Shown piece by piece: positions 19,412-29,332 of a stretch of DNA of 44,054 nt (within the stretch, counting starts at the first letter, position 1; every line of letters starts with the position of its first letter). This DNA is from Spirochaetia bacterium (GTDB lineage: Bacteria; Spirochaetota; Spirochaetia; CADAEX01): the NCBI GenBank assembly GCA_031548835.1, contig JAVBQS010000001.1, positions 1 through 44,054 on the forward strand, given 5' to 3'. Made by a program: the position numbers and the translations under genes. The notes below the pieces were generated by a model that saw only the letters and a program-made list of their open reading frames with translations, did no database searches and was not told where the DNA came from.

Positions 19412-21526
19412 TTATTTTTTAACTTTAAGAAATTTGGCATTTATAGCAACAATTACTGTACTTAAAGTCATCAATGCTGCTCCTGCGGCAGGAGATATAA
19501 TAATGCCTTTATTATATAAAACGCCCGCAGCCAATGGTATTGCAATTATATTATAACCTGTAGCCCAAAAAAGATTTTGTATCATTTTTGAATAGGTAGC
19601 TTTGCCGAAATTAATTAAAGATATTACATCTTTGGGATTATTATTTATTAAAATTATATCTGCTGTTTCTGCCGCTATATCTGTGCCGCTGCCAATTGCA
19701 ATTCCCACATCTGCTTGCGCTAATGCAGGCGCATCATTTATTCCATCTCCTGTCATTGCAACAAATTCCCCTTTATCCTGGAGCTCTTTTATTTTAGTTT
19801 GCTTTTGATCAGGCAAAACTTCAGCAAAAAATCCATCAAGTTCCAGTTCAGAGAATACTTTTTCTGCAATCTCTTTATTATCACCGGTAAGCATCCAGCA
19901 TTTGATTCCTGACTTTTTTAATTTATTGACAGCTTCATAAGATTCACTTCTAATCTTATCCGCCAAGACAATAGAGCCGGCTGATTCGTTATCAACAACA
20001 AGATAGACAGCTGTTCCAATGTTATTATTTTGTGCATCAGGAATTTCAATTTTATTTTTTTCAAGATATTTTCTGCTTACAAGCTTGACTGTTTGAGAAT
20101 TTATTTTTCCTTCCACTCCCTCTCCTTTTAGAATTCTGAAATCTTTTACATCTATATTGCTTTCTGCTTTTAAATTTTTTGTTTTTTCAATAATTCCTTT
20201 GGCAATTGGATGTTCAGATCTTTTTTCAAGAGCTGATGAAAATTCCATAATCTTTTTTTCATCATAGTCAGCATTGTAGGCAATGACAGCAATTACTCCA
20301 AATTTACCCTCTGTCAAGGTTCCTGTTTTATCAAATACAACTGTTGTAATTTTTCCAGAATTTTCAAAAGCAGTTCTGTTTTTTATTAAAAGGCCATTTT
20401 TTGCAGATAAAGAAGTTGAGACAGCAGTCACTAAAGGTATTGCAAGGCCCAGCGCATGTGGGCATGCTATAACCATAACACTTGCCATTCTCTCTATTGC
20501 AAAAGCAATATCCTTATTTGCAGAAAACCAGAAAATAAAAGTTATTGTTCCGACAGTAATTGCGATTATTGTAAGCCATTTCGCAGATGTATCAGCAATT
20601 CTTTGTGTTTTAGATTTTGAATCCTGGGCCTCTTTTACAAGATTAATTACTTTATTAAGGTAGGAATTTTCGCCTGTTTCAGTAACTTCAGCTTCAAAAA
20701 CTGAATCTCCATTTACAGAGCCTCCAATAACTTTGTCGCCCTGTTTTTTCCTGACTGGTTTTGATTCGCCTGTAAGTATAGATTCATCAATATAACCTGT
20801 CCCTTTTTTTATAATGCCATCAGCAGGAAATTTTTCTCCTGCTTTTATAAGAATGTTATCCCCTTTATTTAATTTTGAGATAGAAATATCTTCTATAATA
20901 TTATTTTTTAAAATATGTGCTGCATCAGGCAGAAGCTTTGCAAGTTTTTCAAGAGCTTTTGATGCCCCGATAATAGATTTCATTTCAATCCAGTGGCCAA
21001 GAAGCATAATATCAATCAATGTTACAAGTTCCCAGAAAAAAGAACTTCCTTTTAACCCTAAAACAACAGCAGCGCTGTAGATATATGCAGCAGATATTGC
21101 AACTGCAATTAATGTCATCATGCCAGGCTGTTTTTTATTTATTTCTCCGGCAATGCCTTTTAAAAAAGGCCATCCTCCATAAAAATAAATAAAACTTGAT
21201 AATGCCCATAAAATATATTTGGAACCCGGAAATTTTATATTAAAATTGAAAAAATGCTGTATCATTGGAGAGAGAATTAGAACAGGAACTGTAATAATAA
21301 GAGATATAATAAACCTCTTTCTAAAATTTTCTGCCATTCCCTCATGATGCGCATGATTGTTATGATTATCTTTAATATGATGATTGTGGTTTTTATTTAT
21401 TGAATTATTATGATTATTTCCGGAAATAATATTGTCTTCTGCTTTGACAAGAACTGTTCCATCCATAGTGCATTTTCCAGGTTTATCATATGCCATGCCA
21501 CATTTTGGACATATATATTTTTTCAT
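19412..21526 (-). CDS. copB: Copper-translocating P1B-type ATPase (CopB/P1B-3 type)
   Basis: CPHALGL, DKTGTLT, TGES, SEHP, GDGINDAP, YN..MTLST; N-terminal CPKC..KPGKC metal-binding motif plus His-rich linker. Confidence 0.9.
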   Translation of the reverse strand: MKKYICPKCGMAYDKPGKCTMDGTVLVKAEDNIISGNNHNNSINKNHNHHIKDNHNNHAHHEGMAENFRKRFIISLIITVPVLILSPMIQHFFNFNIKFPGSKYILWALSSFIYFYGGWPFLKGIAGEINKKQPGMMTLIAVAISAAYIYSAAVVLGLKGSSFFWELVTLIDIMLLGHWIEMKSIIGASKALEKLAKLLPDAAHILKNNIIEDISISKLNKGDNILIKAGEKFPADGIIKKGTGYIDESILTGESKPVRKKQGDKVIGGSVNGDSVFEAEVTETGENSYLNKVINLVKEAQDSKSKTQRIADTSAKWLTIIAITVGTITFIFWFSANKDIAFAIERMASVMVIACPHALGLAIPLVTAVSTSLSAKNGLLIKNRTAFENSGKITTVVFDKTGTLTEGKFGVIAVIAYNADYDEKKIMEFSSALEKRSEHPIAKGIIEKTKNLKAESNIDVKDFRILKGEGVEGKINSQTVKLVSRKYLEKNKIEIPDAQNNNIGTAVYLVVDNESAGSIVLADKIRSESYEAVNKLKKSGIKCWMLTGDNKEIAEKVFSELELDGFFAEVLPDQKQTKIKELQDKGEFVAMTGDGINDAPALAQADVGIAIGSGTDIAAETADIILINNNPKDVISLINFGKATYSKMIQNLFWATGYNIIAIPLAAGVLYNKGIIISPAAGAALMTLSTVIVAINAKFLKVKK

Positions 21527-21775
21527 TTTGTCCCTCCAGATTTAGAAGATACAATTATCAGCAGAGTTATTGTAAATTTTAAGCTATTTGAAAAATGAAG
21601 TAAAGAAAACTCAATTATTAATAAATATAACTTATTATATTTTTAGCTCTATATTTTTTATAAAAATTCTTTAGTTAAGACAATAAAACAGTTTTTATTA
21701 AAACTATTTACTTTTTAAATTTCTGTACTAATATTTCATTATAAGGATAAATATTTTTAAATTCAGGAGGTTGAT

Positions 21776-22081
21776 ATGAATTTTTTTGAATCTGCATTTT
21801 ATGCATCAGTAGGTTTGGCAGTAAAGGGAAAGGAAAAAATTGAAGAAGCAGCTAAAAAATTTGCCGAAGATCAGAAAATGAGTGTTGAAGAAGGGAAAAA
21901 ATTTGTAGATGATGTGGTAAAATCATCAGAAAAAACAAAAGAAGAAATTTCAAAAAAAATTGATACTGCAGTAAAATCAGCTATAGATAAAATGGGCCTG
22001 GCCTATAAAAGCGAGGTTGAACAGCTTAAAACCCGCATAGATGAACTTGAAGCACAGCTAAAAAAACCAAAAGGAAAATAA
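21776..22081 (+). CDS. Phasin / PHA-synthesis-regulator family protein
   Basis: ASVGLAVKGKEKIEE...EEGKKFVDD...EVEQLKTRIDELE; typical partner upstream of AarF/UbiB. Confidence 0.7.
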   Translation: MNFFESAFYASVGLAVKGKEKIEEAAKKFAEDQKMSVEEGKKFVDDVVKSSEKTKEEISKKIDTAVKSAIDKMGLAYKSEVEQLKTRIDELEAQLKKPKGK

Positions 22082-22242
22082 TAAATTTTATTATTCAAAA
22101 TACTATTGGAAAAATTTTGCATTTATTTTAAATACATTTTTCATAAAACATTACAGTTCAGCTGTTTTTAGAAAATTATTGCTTTTTAAAAAGTTAAATT
22201 TCTTTTTAAATTGCATCAGTATCAAAGAAGGTTGCCCAGATT

Positions 22243-23928
22243 ATGGGATTTTTTTCAAGGACTCTTAAGCATACAAAACGTTACACTGAAATAATTTCTA
22301 TTCTTATTACCTATGGAATGGGTGATCTGCTCCATAAATTAAAAATTGCAGATACTTTTCCATTTATACGCAAACTATTGCCTAAAAAAGAATCGCGTTC
22401 TGTCGATGAGTTAACCAGGCCGGAAGAATTGCGCCTTATTCTTGAAGAACTTGGCCCTACTTTTGTAAAACTGGGCCAAATGCTTTCCAACAGGCCGGAT
22501 ATTCTTCCGCCAGATATTATTGTACAGCTTGAAAAATTACAGGATACAGTTCCGCCTTTTTCAAGCGACGAAGCTGTAGCTATTCTTGAAGAAGAATTAA
22601 AAAAACCGGTGGGCATAATTTTTAAAAATTTTGACAAAGCGCCTGTTGCTTCTGCATCAATGGCACAGGTTCATAGCGCGCATCTTCATGACGGAACTCA
22701 TGTGGCTGTAAAAATACAGCGGCCTAATATAAAAAACACTATTTCTGTGGATCTGGAAATTCTTTTTCATTTTGCCCAGCTTGCAGAACGCAACATTGAG
22801 CAAATACGGTATCTAAAACCCACCGGTGTTGTAAAAGAGTTTGAAATAAGCATAAACCGGGAACTTGATTTTGCCAGGGAACGGCTTAATATGCAGAAAT
22901 TCCACAGTAATTTTAAAGATGATGACAGAATTTATGTGCCTTTGCCTTATAAAGAATATTGCTCTAAAAAAATAATTACAATGGATTTTGTAGAAGGAGT
23001 AAAAGTTTCCTGCGTTACAGAAGAATGTCTTGCAAATAACGACAGGCATAAAATAGCGCATAACGGAGCAAATCTTATTCTTAAACAGATTTTTGAACAT
23101 GGTTTTTTTCATGCTGATCCCCACCCCGGCAATATAATAATACTTCCGGACAATAAAATTTGTTTTATTGATTTCGGCATGATGGGTTCTGTTATCCCCA
23201 GGCAGCAGGATGAACTGGGAGATCTTATACTTGCTCTTGTATATAGGGATACTGTTCTTATCACAAATGCAATACTGGTTATAACAAAGCGGCTTAACCA
23301 TCCGCAGATTAATGAAATAGAACATACTGTACAGGATATGGTAGACAGGTATCTCGACCTGCCGCTTGAAGAATTAAATATTTCTGAAGTTCTTACAGCT
23401 ATTATAGGAATTATTCAGACTTTTAGATTAAATATTCCTGTAAATCTTACTCTTATGGCAAAAGCTCTTATTACAATAGAAGGCATAGGGCTTCAGCTTG
23501 ATCCATCATTCCAGATTTTTTCCATTATACAAAAATTTTCCAGTGTTATAATTAAAAACAAATTTAATTATAAAAGAATAATGACAGCATCTATTCTCAA
23601 TTTCAGGGAGATGAAAAGACTTCTTGAACATGCGCCGGGTGATATTTTAGCTATTATAGAAAAAATAAAACAGGGAAAAATTAAAATAGAGTTTGAACAT
23701 CGCGGCCTTAGTCCCTTACAGCGGGCAATAGATTCTGCGGGAAATAGAATAATAATTGGCGTTACTCTTGGATCATTAATTATAGGTTCTTCAATAATGG
23801 TTCATGCAGATATTGCTCCAAAATGGCACGGCATACCGCTTATTGGAGTTGCAGGATTTCTTATAAGCGGTATTTTTGCTATGTTAGTTCTTATAGCTTC
23901 TATTTTTTGGCATTTTAAAGATAAATAG
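22243..23928 (+). CDS. AarF/UbiB/ABC1 family kinase
   Basis: LGPTFVKLGQMLS, ASASMAQVH, VAVKIQRP, FFHADPHPGN, IDFGM; two C-terminal TMs. Confidence 0.92.
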   Translation: MGFFSRTLKHTKRYTEIISILITYGMGDLLHKLKIADTFPFIRKLLPKKESRSVDELTRPEELRLILEELGPTFVKLGQMLSNRPDILPPDIIVQLEKLQDTVPPFSSDEAVAILEEELKKPVGIIFKNFDKAPVASASMAQVHSAHLHDGTHVAVKIQRPNIKNTISVDLEILFHFAQLAERNIEQIRYLKPTGVVKEFEISINRELDFARERLNMQKFHSNFKDDDRIYVPLPYKEYCSKKIITMDFVEGVKVSCVTEECLANNDRHKIAHNGANLILKQIFEHGFFHADPHPGNIIILPDNKICFIDFGMMGSVIPRQQDELGDLILALVYRDTVLITNAILVITKRLNHPQINEIEHTVQDMVDRYLDLPLEELNISEVLTAIIGIIQTFRLNIPVNLTLMAKALITIEGIGLQLDPSFQIFSIIQKFSSVIIKNKFNYKRIMTASILNFREMKRLLEHAPGDILAIIEKIKQGKIKIEFEHRGLSPLQRAIDSAGNRIIIGVTLGSLIIGSSIMVHADIAPKWHGIPLIGVAGFLISGIFAMLVLIASIFWHFKDK

Positions 23929-23953
23929 ACAGATATAAATCTTTTTATAGTAA

Positions 23954-24134
23954 GAGCCGATTTCAAAATCAAGAAATTGAAAAATTAAAATAGAGAAAAA
24001 ACTTCAAAATAGAATATTTTTCTCTAAAAGTTAAAAAAATCAGGGCTCATTCTTACTAATGTTCTTAAAAAAGAAACATCATATAAATATTTATCAATGA
24101 ATATTTTTAAACATTTTAATTTTGAAATCGGCTC
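23954..24134. mobile_element. MITE-like element or IS remnant, 181 bp, with 16-bp perfect terminal inverted repeats
   Basis: GAGCCGATTTCAAAAT (23954-23969) and ATTTTGAAATCGGCTC (24119-24134) enclose an AT-rich non-coding interior. Confidence 0.6.
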
Positions 24135-24387
24135 ATAATAAAAAATTCAACAAACATTTTGTTATATAAATAAGAAAAGTTTTAGGCCAGGCAATATAGA
24201 GATATTAGTCCTCTTTTATAAAATAGCAGTGCATATTCATAAATAAGTTTTCCAATTTTAAATTAATTTTTATTTAAAAGACAGCAGGAGAGAAATGGGG
24301 AATTTTACAACAATTTATTCCTATGTACAATTTTGCTGCCTCCAGGGTATATTAAAGATTGATTTATCATTAGCCAGAGGATTATTT

Positions 24388-25458
24388 ATGTTTTGGAAAC
24401 AGCTCTCTATTACTTTGTTTATTTTATTTATAGCACAAAATAGTTACCTCTTTTCCCAGGATATTATAAAACCAACAAGGATGGCAACTGAGAACCAGGA
24501 AGCAAAAGAAGCTCCTCCTGAGCCTGCATTTGGAACACTCTTGGGAATAACTCTTCAACCATGGGCATTTTGGAGGTCAGGACAAATAGAAGCTATAGCG
24601 CCGGTTGGATTTGATGAAAAACTTGATTTTAACCTTGATTCAAATACATTTACAACTTATGAAGGTTCTCTCTGGCATAAATCAGGGCTTAAGCTTGGCG
24701 TAAACCTGGATGTGGATAATAACATTGTTGGAAAATTAAATAAAATTACAGGACTACTTGGTTTTAAAAAAGTTTCGCTCCGGGTTTCTGGCGGAAAAAT
24801 TACAGGAACAGCAAACTGGAAAGGCGAGCCTGTTCCGGGACAGCCTGAAACTGCAGAGGTAGATACAAAATATATAAGTATTGACCTGCTCTATAGTATA
24901 TGGAAATCACATGGCAGTGTGTATGTAGGTATTTCCTATACCAGCTATGATATGCCTATGGAGATTGAAGGATTGATAAGAAATTCGAAAAACCAGGTAA
25001 CAATTGCTCCAAATTCAGCATATGACGATAATGTAAAAATTCAGACATATGGTATTGTTTTTGGCTTTGATTCTTTAAACGATGCTATAAAATCAGGAAA
25101 GGAAGGTTTTACATTGTGGGCTTTTACACAGGATTCTATTTTTGCAGGACAACTAAAAATAAGCGATGAAGGAATGAGAAGGCTTGCCGCTGCAAATCCC
25201 TCATATGATCTTGTAGATAAAAACAAGTTTTTTGTATTAGGGGTTCAGTATGATCTAACGCTTGGCCTGGGGTGGACAAAAAAAATAGGAAGATCAATAC
25301 TTGGCCTTGGCGCAGGCTATAATTTTTCAGGCAGAGGATTTTTTAGCTTTACAGGTTATAATGATATTGCTGATTATCCTGAAAGGGAAATGGTTGTAGA
25401 TACATATCCATATTTGATAAGGCATGGTTTTGTAGTAAAAGGCGCTTTTGCATATTAA
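24388..25458 (+). CDS. Hypothetical exported protein, possible outer-membrane beta-barrel
   Basis: Start MFWKQ after AGAGGA; signal peptide; alternating hydrophobic strands; C-terminus VVKGAFAY. Confidence 0.55.
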   Translation: MFWKQLSITLFILFIAQNSYLFSQDIIKPTRMATENQEAKEAPPEPAFGTLLGITLQPWAFWRSGQIEAIAPVGFDEKLDFNLDSNTFTTYEGSLWHKSGLKLGVNLDVDNNIVGKLNKITGLLGFKKVSLRVSGGKITGTANWKGEPVPGQPETAEVDTKYISIDLLYSIWKSHGSVYVGISYTSYDMPMEIEGLIRNSKNQVTIAPNSAYDDNVKIQTYGIVFGFDSLNDAIKSGKEGFTLWAFTQDSIFAGQLKISDEGMRRLAAANPSYDLVDKNKFFVLGVQYDLTLGLGWTKKIGRSILGLGAGYNFSGRGFFSFTGYNDIADYPEREMVVDTYPYLIRHGFVVKGAFAY

Positions 25459-25535
25459 ATATATAGATTTATATTAATTTTTATAAAAAAATTTTATTTT
25501 AATACTGTTAAAATAAATAAAGGGAAAAACATAAA

Positions 25536-28500
25536 TTACACAATTCTGTTTCTTCCCAGATCTTTTGCCTTGTAAAGATTTTCATCTGCTGCTGCAAGAA
25601 GCTGTGCTGCAGTTTCAGGATTGACAGCATTGGTATATGAAATTCCAATGCTTACTGTGATATACCGTATTCCTTTTTCGTTACTTCCATTTTGTATCTT
25701 TTTTTCTTCAACTTTCTTTCTTATTCTTTCAGCAACAATGCGGGATCCGGTCAAATCAGTATCTACCAGCAATATAACAAACTCTTCCCCGCCATAGCGG
25801 AAAACACTATCTGTTTTTCTGTTCATAGCTTCAAGGATAATGTCGGCAACAGTTTTAATAGCCTTATCGCCTGCAACATGTCCATATGTATCATTAAAAT
25901 TTTTAAAATAATCTATATCAAGCATTAATACAGAAAAGTTTAGTTTTGTTCTTATATATAAATCCCAAAGCCGTCCGAAAATTTCTTCAAAATGTTTTCT
26001 GTTATGCACACCTGTAAGATTATCAATACGAGTCTGCCTTTCAAGCTGAAGATTAACAGTCAGAAGTTCATCTTTAAGCCTGCTGACTTCATCAAGTCTT
26101 TTGCTGACTTCCCCTCCTTTTACAATTATTATAATACCGTAAAAAAATGCTGCTATAGCCAGAAGATAAAAAAGATAGGCTATGGGAGTCCTATAAAAAG
26201 GAGGTATAATATTTATTTTTAGCGATGCTTCTTTTGTACTCCAGATTCCGCTGCTATTTGTTCCTGTCACCCTAAATATATAGTTTCCAGGAGGAATTGA
26301 AGTATAGCTTGCATAATTTCTTTCTCCTGAATAGATCCACTCTTTATCAAATCCTTCAAGTATATATTTATATTTTCTGCCTTCGGAAAAACTGTAATCA
26401 ATAGCGCTAAAGTCAAAGGAAATATGGCCGTCATACCATTTAAGGCTTGTCTCTTTTTCTGCAAAAATATTTTTACCAAAAATATCGAGATATGATTTAT
26501 CAAAGATTTTTAAATCAGTAATAACAATTTCAGAATTTACCTTGTTAAGATAATAAAAAGCAGTATTGATTTTATATATTTCTTCCATTGTTCCGATAAA
26601 AATATTTCCGTTTTTATCTTTTGTAATACCGCCGTAAAAATTAATCCTGTTTAATCCAAAATGGTTTGTAAGGCTTGTTACAGTGGATAACTCTATATTT
26701 GCTTTTTTTGCAATCATTGAAATACCCATAAAAGTCACAGCAATAATATTACCTTTCTGATCTTCAGTTAGTCCCATAGCTGTATTGTGTTCAAGCCCTT
26801 CTTCTTTGGTAAAACTATAAAAATTATTTTTATCTTTGTTAAAGACAGAAACTCCGCCTCCACTAGTGCCTATCCACACATTTCCGGCAGAATCACAATA
26901 AATAGCCTTTATACTATTACTTGAAAGAGAGTGGGTATCATAAGAATTATGATTATAAATATCTATAGTATTAGTTGCAGGGTTAAAACTGTTTAATCCG
27001 TTATCTGTTCCTATCCAGACAATTCCATCTTTATTAATATCAATTGCATATACTGTATTATCAGACAATCTTTTACCAGGAGGTAAATCTTTTGAAAAAT
27101 GGGTTGTTATTCCGCTTGCCTTATCCCAGATATATACACCATTAGATGTTCCAAGCCAAAGCCTTCCATATTCATCTTCTTTTCCTGAGTAAAATTTGTT
27201 ATCTGCAATATTTATAGGTATATCTGCATTTTTTCTATAATTTAAAATTTTCTTTCCATCAATATAATAATGTTCAAAACTTTTAGTTTTTCTATTAAAT
27301 TTATCCAGGCCTGAATCTGTAAAAACCCATATATTTTCCATGCTGTCAATTAATAGTGAATTGACATTATTACTGCTTAAAGAATTAAAATTATCAGGAT
27401 TATAGCCATAATGTTCTTTATTTTTATTTTCATTATCAAATATATAAATTCCATTTTTTGTTGATCCGACCCACAGATTATCCCTGTTATCAATTAGTAA
27501 TGAACTAACTCCGTTATTTTCAATTTTATAAGTTTCTCCTATATGAAAATGATATTTATAACTTCGCTGCATCTGGTTAAGCTTATTTACCCCGCTCCCA
27601 TCTGTTCCAACCCATATACGGGCTGAACTATCTTCAAAAATTGAATATATAATATTACTGCTTAATGAATATTCATTATCCTGTTCATGTGAAATTTTTA
27701 TATAATTATTTCTTTTTATACTTTCAAGATTATTAAAATAATAAATTCCGCCGCCCCATGTTCCTACCCAAATATGCCCTCTAGTATCATACTCAATTGT
27801 ATATATCCTATTATCGCCAAGTTTATTCACAGAGTATTCTTTAGAAACAGGGTCAAATAAAATAACACCTTCTCCCCAGCATCCTATTAAGAGAAGGCCC
27901 ATAGATATTTCTTCAATGCTGGTAAATTTTTCTGTATTTGAATAGATATTTGTTCTTTTATAATTCTGAAAATAATTTATAAAAGTTTCATTTTTATATA
28001 ATGCTATTCCATTATAAGTACTTACCCATATATTATTTTTGGAATCGCATAAAATATCTTTTATATTGTTATCAGGCAGAGATAAAGGATCCTCTTTGTT
28101 ATGCAGATAAACTGTTGAATCTTTTGTTTTGTCATCGATTTTTACAAGCCCATTAGTTGTTCCAACCCAAAAATCTCCCTTACTGTCTTTTTTTATCGCA
28201 GTAATTTCTCCATCAAGAATTTTTTGTGCTTCAATATTACTTAATGATACATTTAATATTTTTTCAGTTACAGGATTTAATATACAAAGCCCTTCTTTTG
28301 TGCCTATCCATATAAAATCTTTATCATAATCATAAAATATTGTTTTTATAAAATTATTTCTTAAAGAATCAGGATTAAATGGTTCATATTCAAAAAGGCG
28401 GAATTCTTTGCTATCATAACGATTAATGCCGTCATTGGTTGAAAACCATATAAATCCTCTTTTATCCTGTATAATTCCTGAAACATTGTTATTTGCAAGG

Positions 28501-28616
28501 CCGTCAAATGTAGTTATTTTTTCAAAGCGGAAATCTTGCGGGTAAATCTTTTCTGACAACACTGTTAGAGTAAAAATAATTAAAAATCTGACATATTTCA
28601 GAGGATTATCCATCAT
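25536..28616 (-). CDS. Ligand-binding sensor diguanylate cyclase (beta-propeller repeats + Y_Y_Y + TM + GGDEF)
   Basis: Repeated DxxGxIWxGTxxG propeller units, YKYILEGFDKEW/PPGNYIFRV, DIDYFKNFND, RYGGEEF, RKTD I-site. Confidence 0.92.
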   Translation of the reverse strand: MMDNPLKYVRFLIIFTLTVLSEKIYPQDFRFEKITTFDGLANNNVSGIIQDKRGFIWFSTNDGINRYDSKEFRLFEYEPFNPDSLRNNFIKTIFYDYDKDFIWIGTKEGLCILNPVTEKILNVSLSNIEAQKILDGEITAIKKDSKGDFWVGTTNGLVKIDDKTKDSTVYLHNKEDPLSLPDNNIKDILCDSKNNIWVSTYNGIALYKNETFINYFQNYKRTNIYSNTEKFTSIEEISMGLLLIGCWGEGVILFDPVSKEYSVNKLGDNRIYTIEYDTRGHIWVGTWGGGIYYFNNLESIKRNNYIKISHEQDNEYSLSSNIIYSIFEDSSARIWVGTDGSGVNKLNQMQRSYKYHFHIGETYKIENNGVSSLLIDNRDNLWVGSTKNGIYIFDNENKNKEHYGYNPDNFNSLSSNNVNSLLIDSMENIWVFTDSGLDKFNRKTKSFEHYYIDGKKILNYRKNADIPINIADNKFYSGKEDEYGRLWLGTSNGVYIWDKASGITTHFSKDLPPGKRLSDNTVYAIDINKDGIVWIGTDNGLNSFNPATNTIDIYNHNSYDTHSLSSNSIKAIYCDSAGNVWIGTSGGGVSVFNKDKNNFYSFTKEEGLEHNTAMGLTEDQKGNIIAVTFMGISMIAKKANIELSTVTSLTNHFGLNRINFYGGITKDKNGNIFIGTMEEIYKINTAFYYLNKVNSEIVITDLKIFDKSYLDIFGKNIFAEKETSLKWYDGHISFDFSAIDYSFSEGRKYKYILEGFDKEWIYSGERNYASYTSIPPGNYIFRVTGTNSSGIWSTKEASLKINIIPPFYRTPIAYLFYLLAIAAFFYGIIIIVKGGEVSKRLDEVSRLKDELLTVNLQLERQTRIDNLTGVHNRKHFEEIFGRLWDLYIRTKLNFSVLMLDIDYFKNFNDTYGHVAGDKAIKTVADIILEAMNRKTDSVFRYGGEEFVILLVDTDLTGSRIVAERIRKKVEEKKIQNGSNEKGIRYITVSIGISYTNAVNPETAAQLLAAADENLYKAKDLGRNRIV

Positions 28617-28650
28617 AGTTGGCTATATTATACTTTATAAATATATAAAA

Positions 28651-29247
28651 CTATAATTTAATTTCTTTTTTCAGAATATAATCTGCAAAACCTGATTTTT
28701 TTAACAGTTCCTGACATCTTGCAATATCGTTTTCTTCAAGATCAGCAAGAACTACTCTAAAAATGCCTTTATCAGTTTTTTCCATAGTCGGGTTTAATCC
28801 ATTTGAATTTAAACGTAAAATTATATTTTCTGCATTTTTTACATTGCTGTATGCGCCAATCTGAATCTTGTAGACAAAATTTTCTGCTTTGTTTCCATCA
28901 CCTTCAATTATATCTATAGAAACTTTTGCCACACCGCAGTCAATTATTCCAATTTCCTGGGCAGCTGCATAGGAAAGGTCTATTATTCTTCCTTCAACAA
29001 ACGGGCCTCTGTCATTTATTCTGACAATAGCTGTTTTTCCATTCTCAAGATTTCTGACTCTAACAACTGTATCAAATGGAAGATTTTTATGCGCTGCTGT
29101 GAATTTATATGTATCAAAAATCTCTCCGTTTGCTGTCTTTCTTCCATGGAATTTATCAGCATACCAGGAAGCATAGCCTGTCTGTTCAGCAAAAACAAAT
29201 GGGCTTATAATAAAAAAAAGCAGTAAAAAAACAGGTAAATTTTTCAT
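28651..29247 (-). CDS. rlpA: Septal ring lytic transglycosylase RlpA family (DPBB + SPOR)
   Basis: GYASWY, TANGE, TAAHK.LPF, INDRGPF, IIDLS; C-terminal IQIGAY SPOR. Confidence 0.9.
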   Translation of the reverse strand: MKNLPVFLLLFFIISPFVFAEQTGYASWYADKFHGRKTANGEIFDTYKFTAAHKNLPFDTVVRVRNLENGKTAIVRINDRGPFVEGRIIDLSYAAAQEIGIIDCGVAKVSIDIIEGDGNKAENFVYKIQIGAYSNVKNAENIILRLNSNGLNPTMEKTDKGIFRVVLADLEENDIARCQELLKKSGFADYILKKEIKL

Positions 29248-29332
29248 AAATTTATTATCGGTTTATATTCATATTTTAATCATATAAATCATTATTGAAC
29301 AATAGGATAAAATCCATATATACTTTTGAAAT

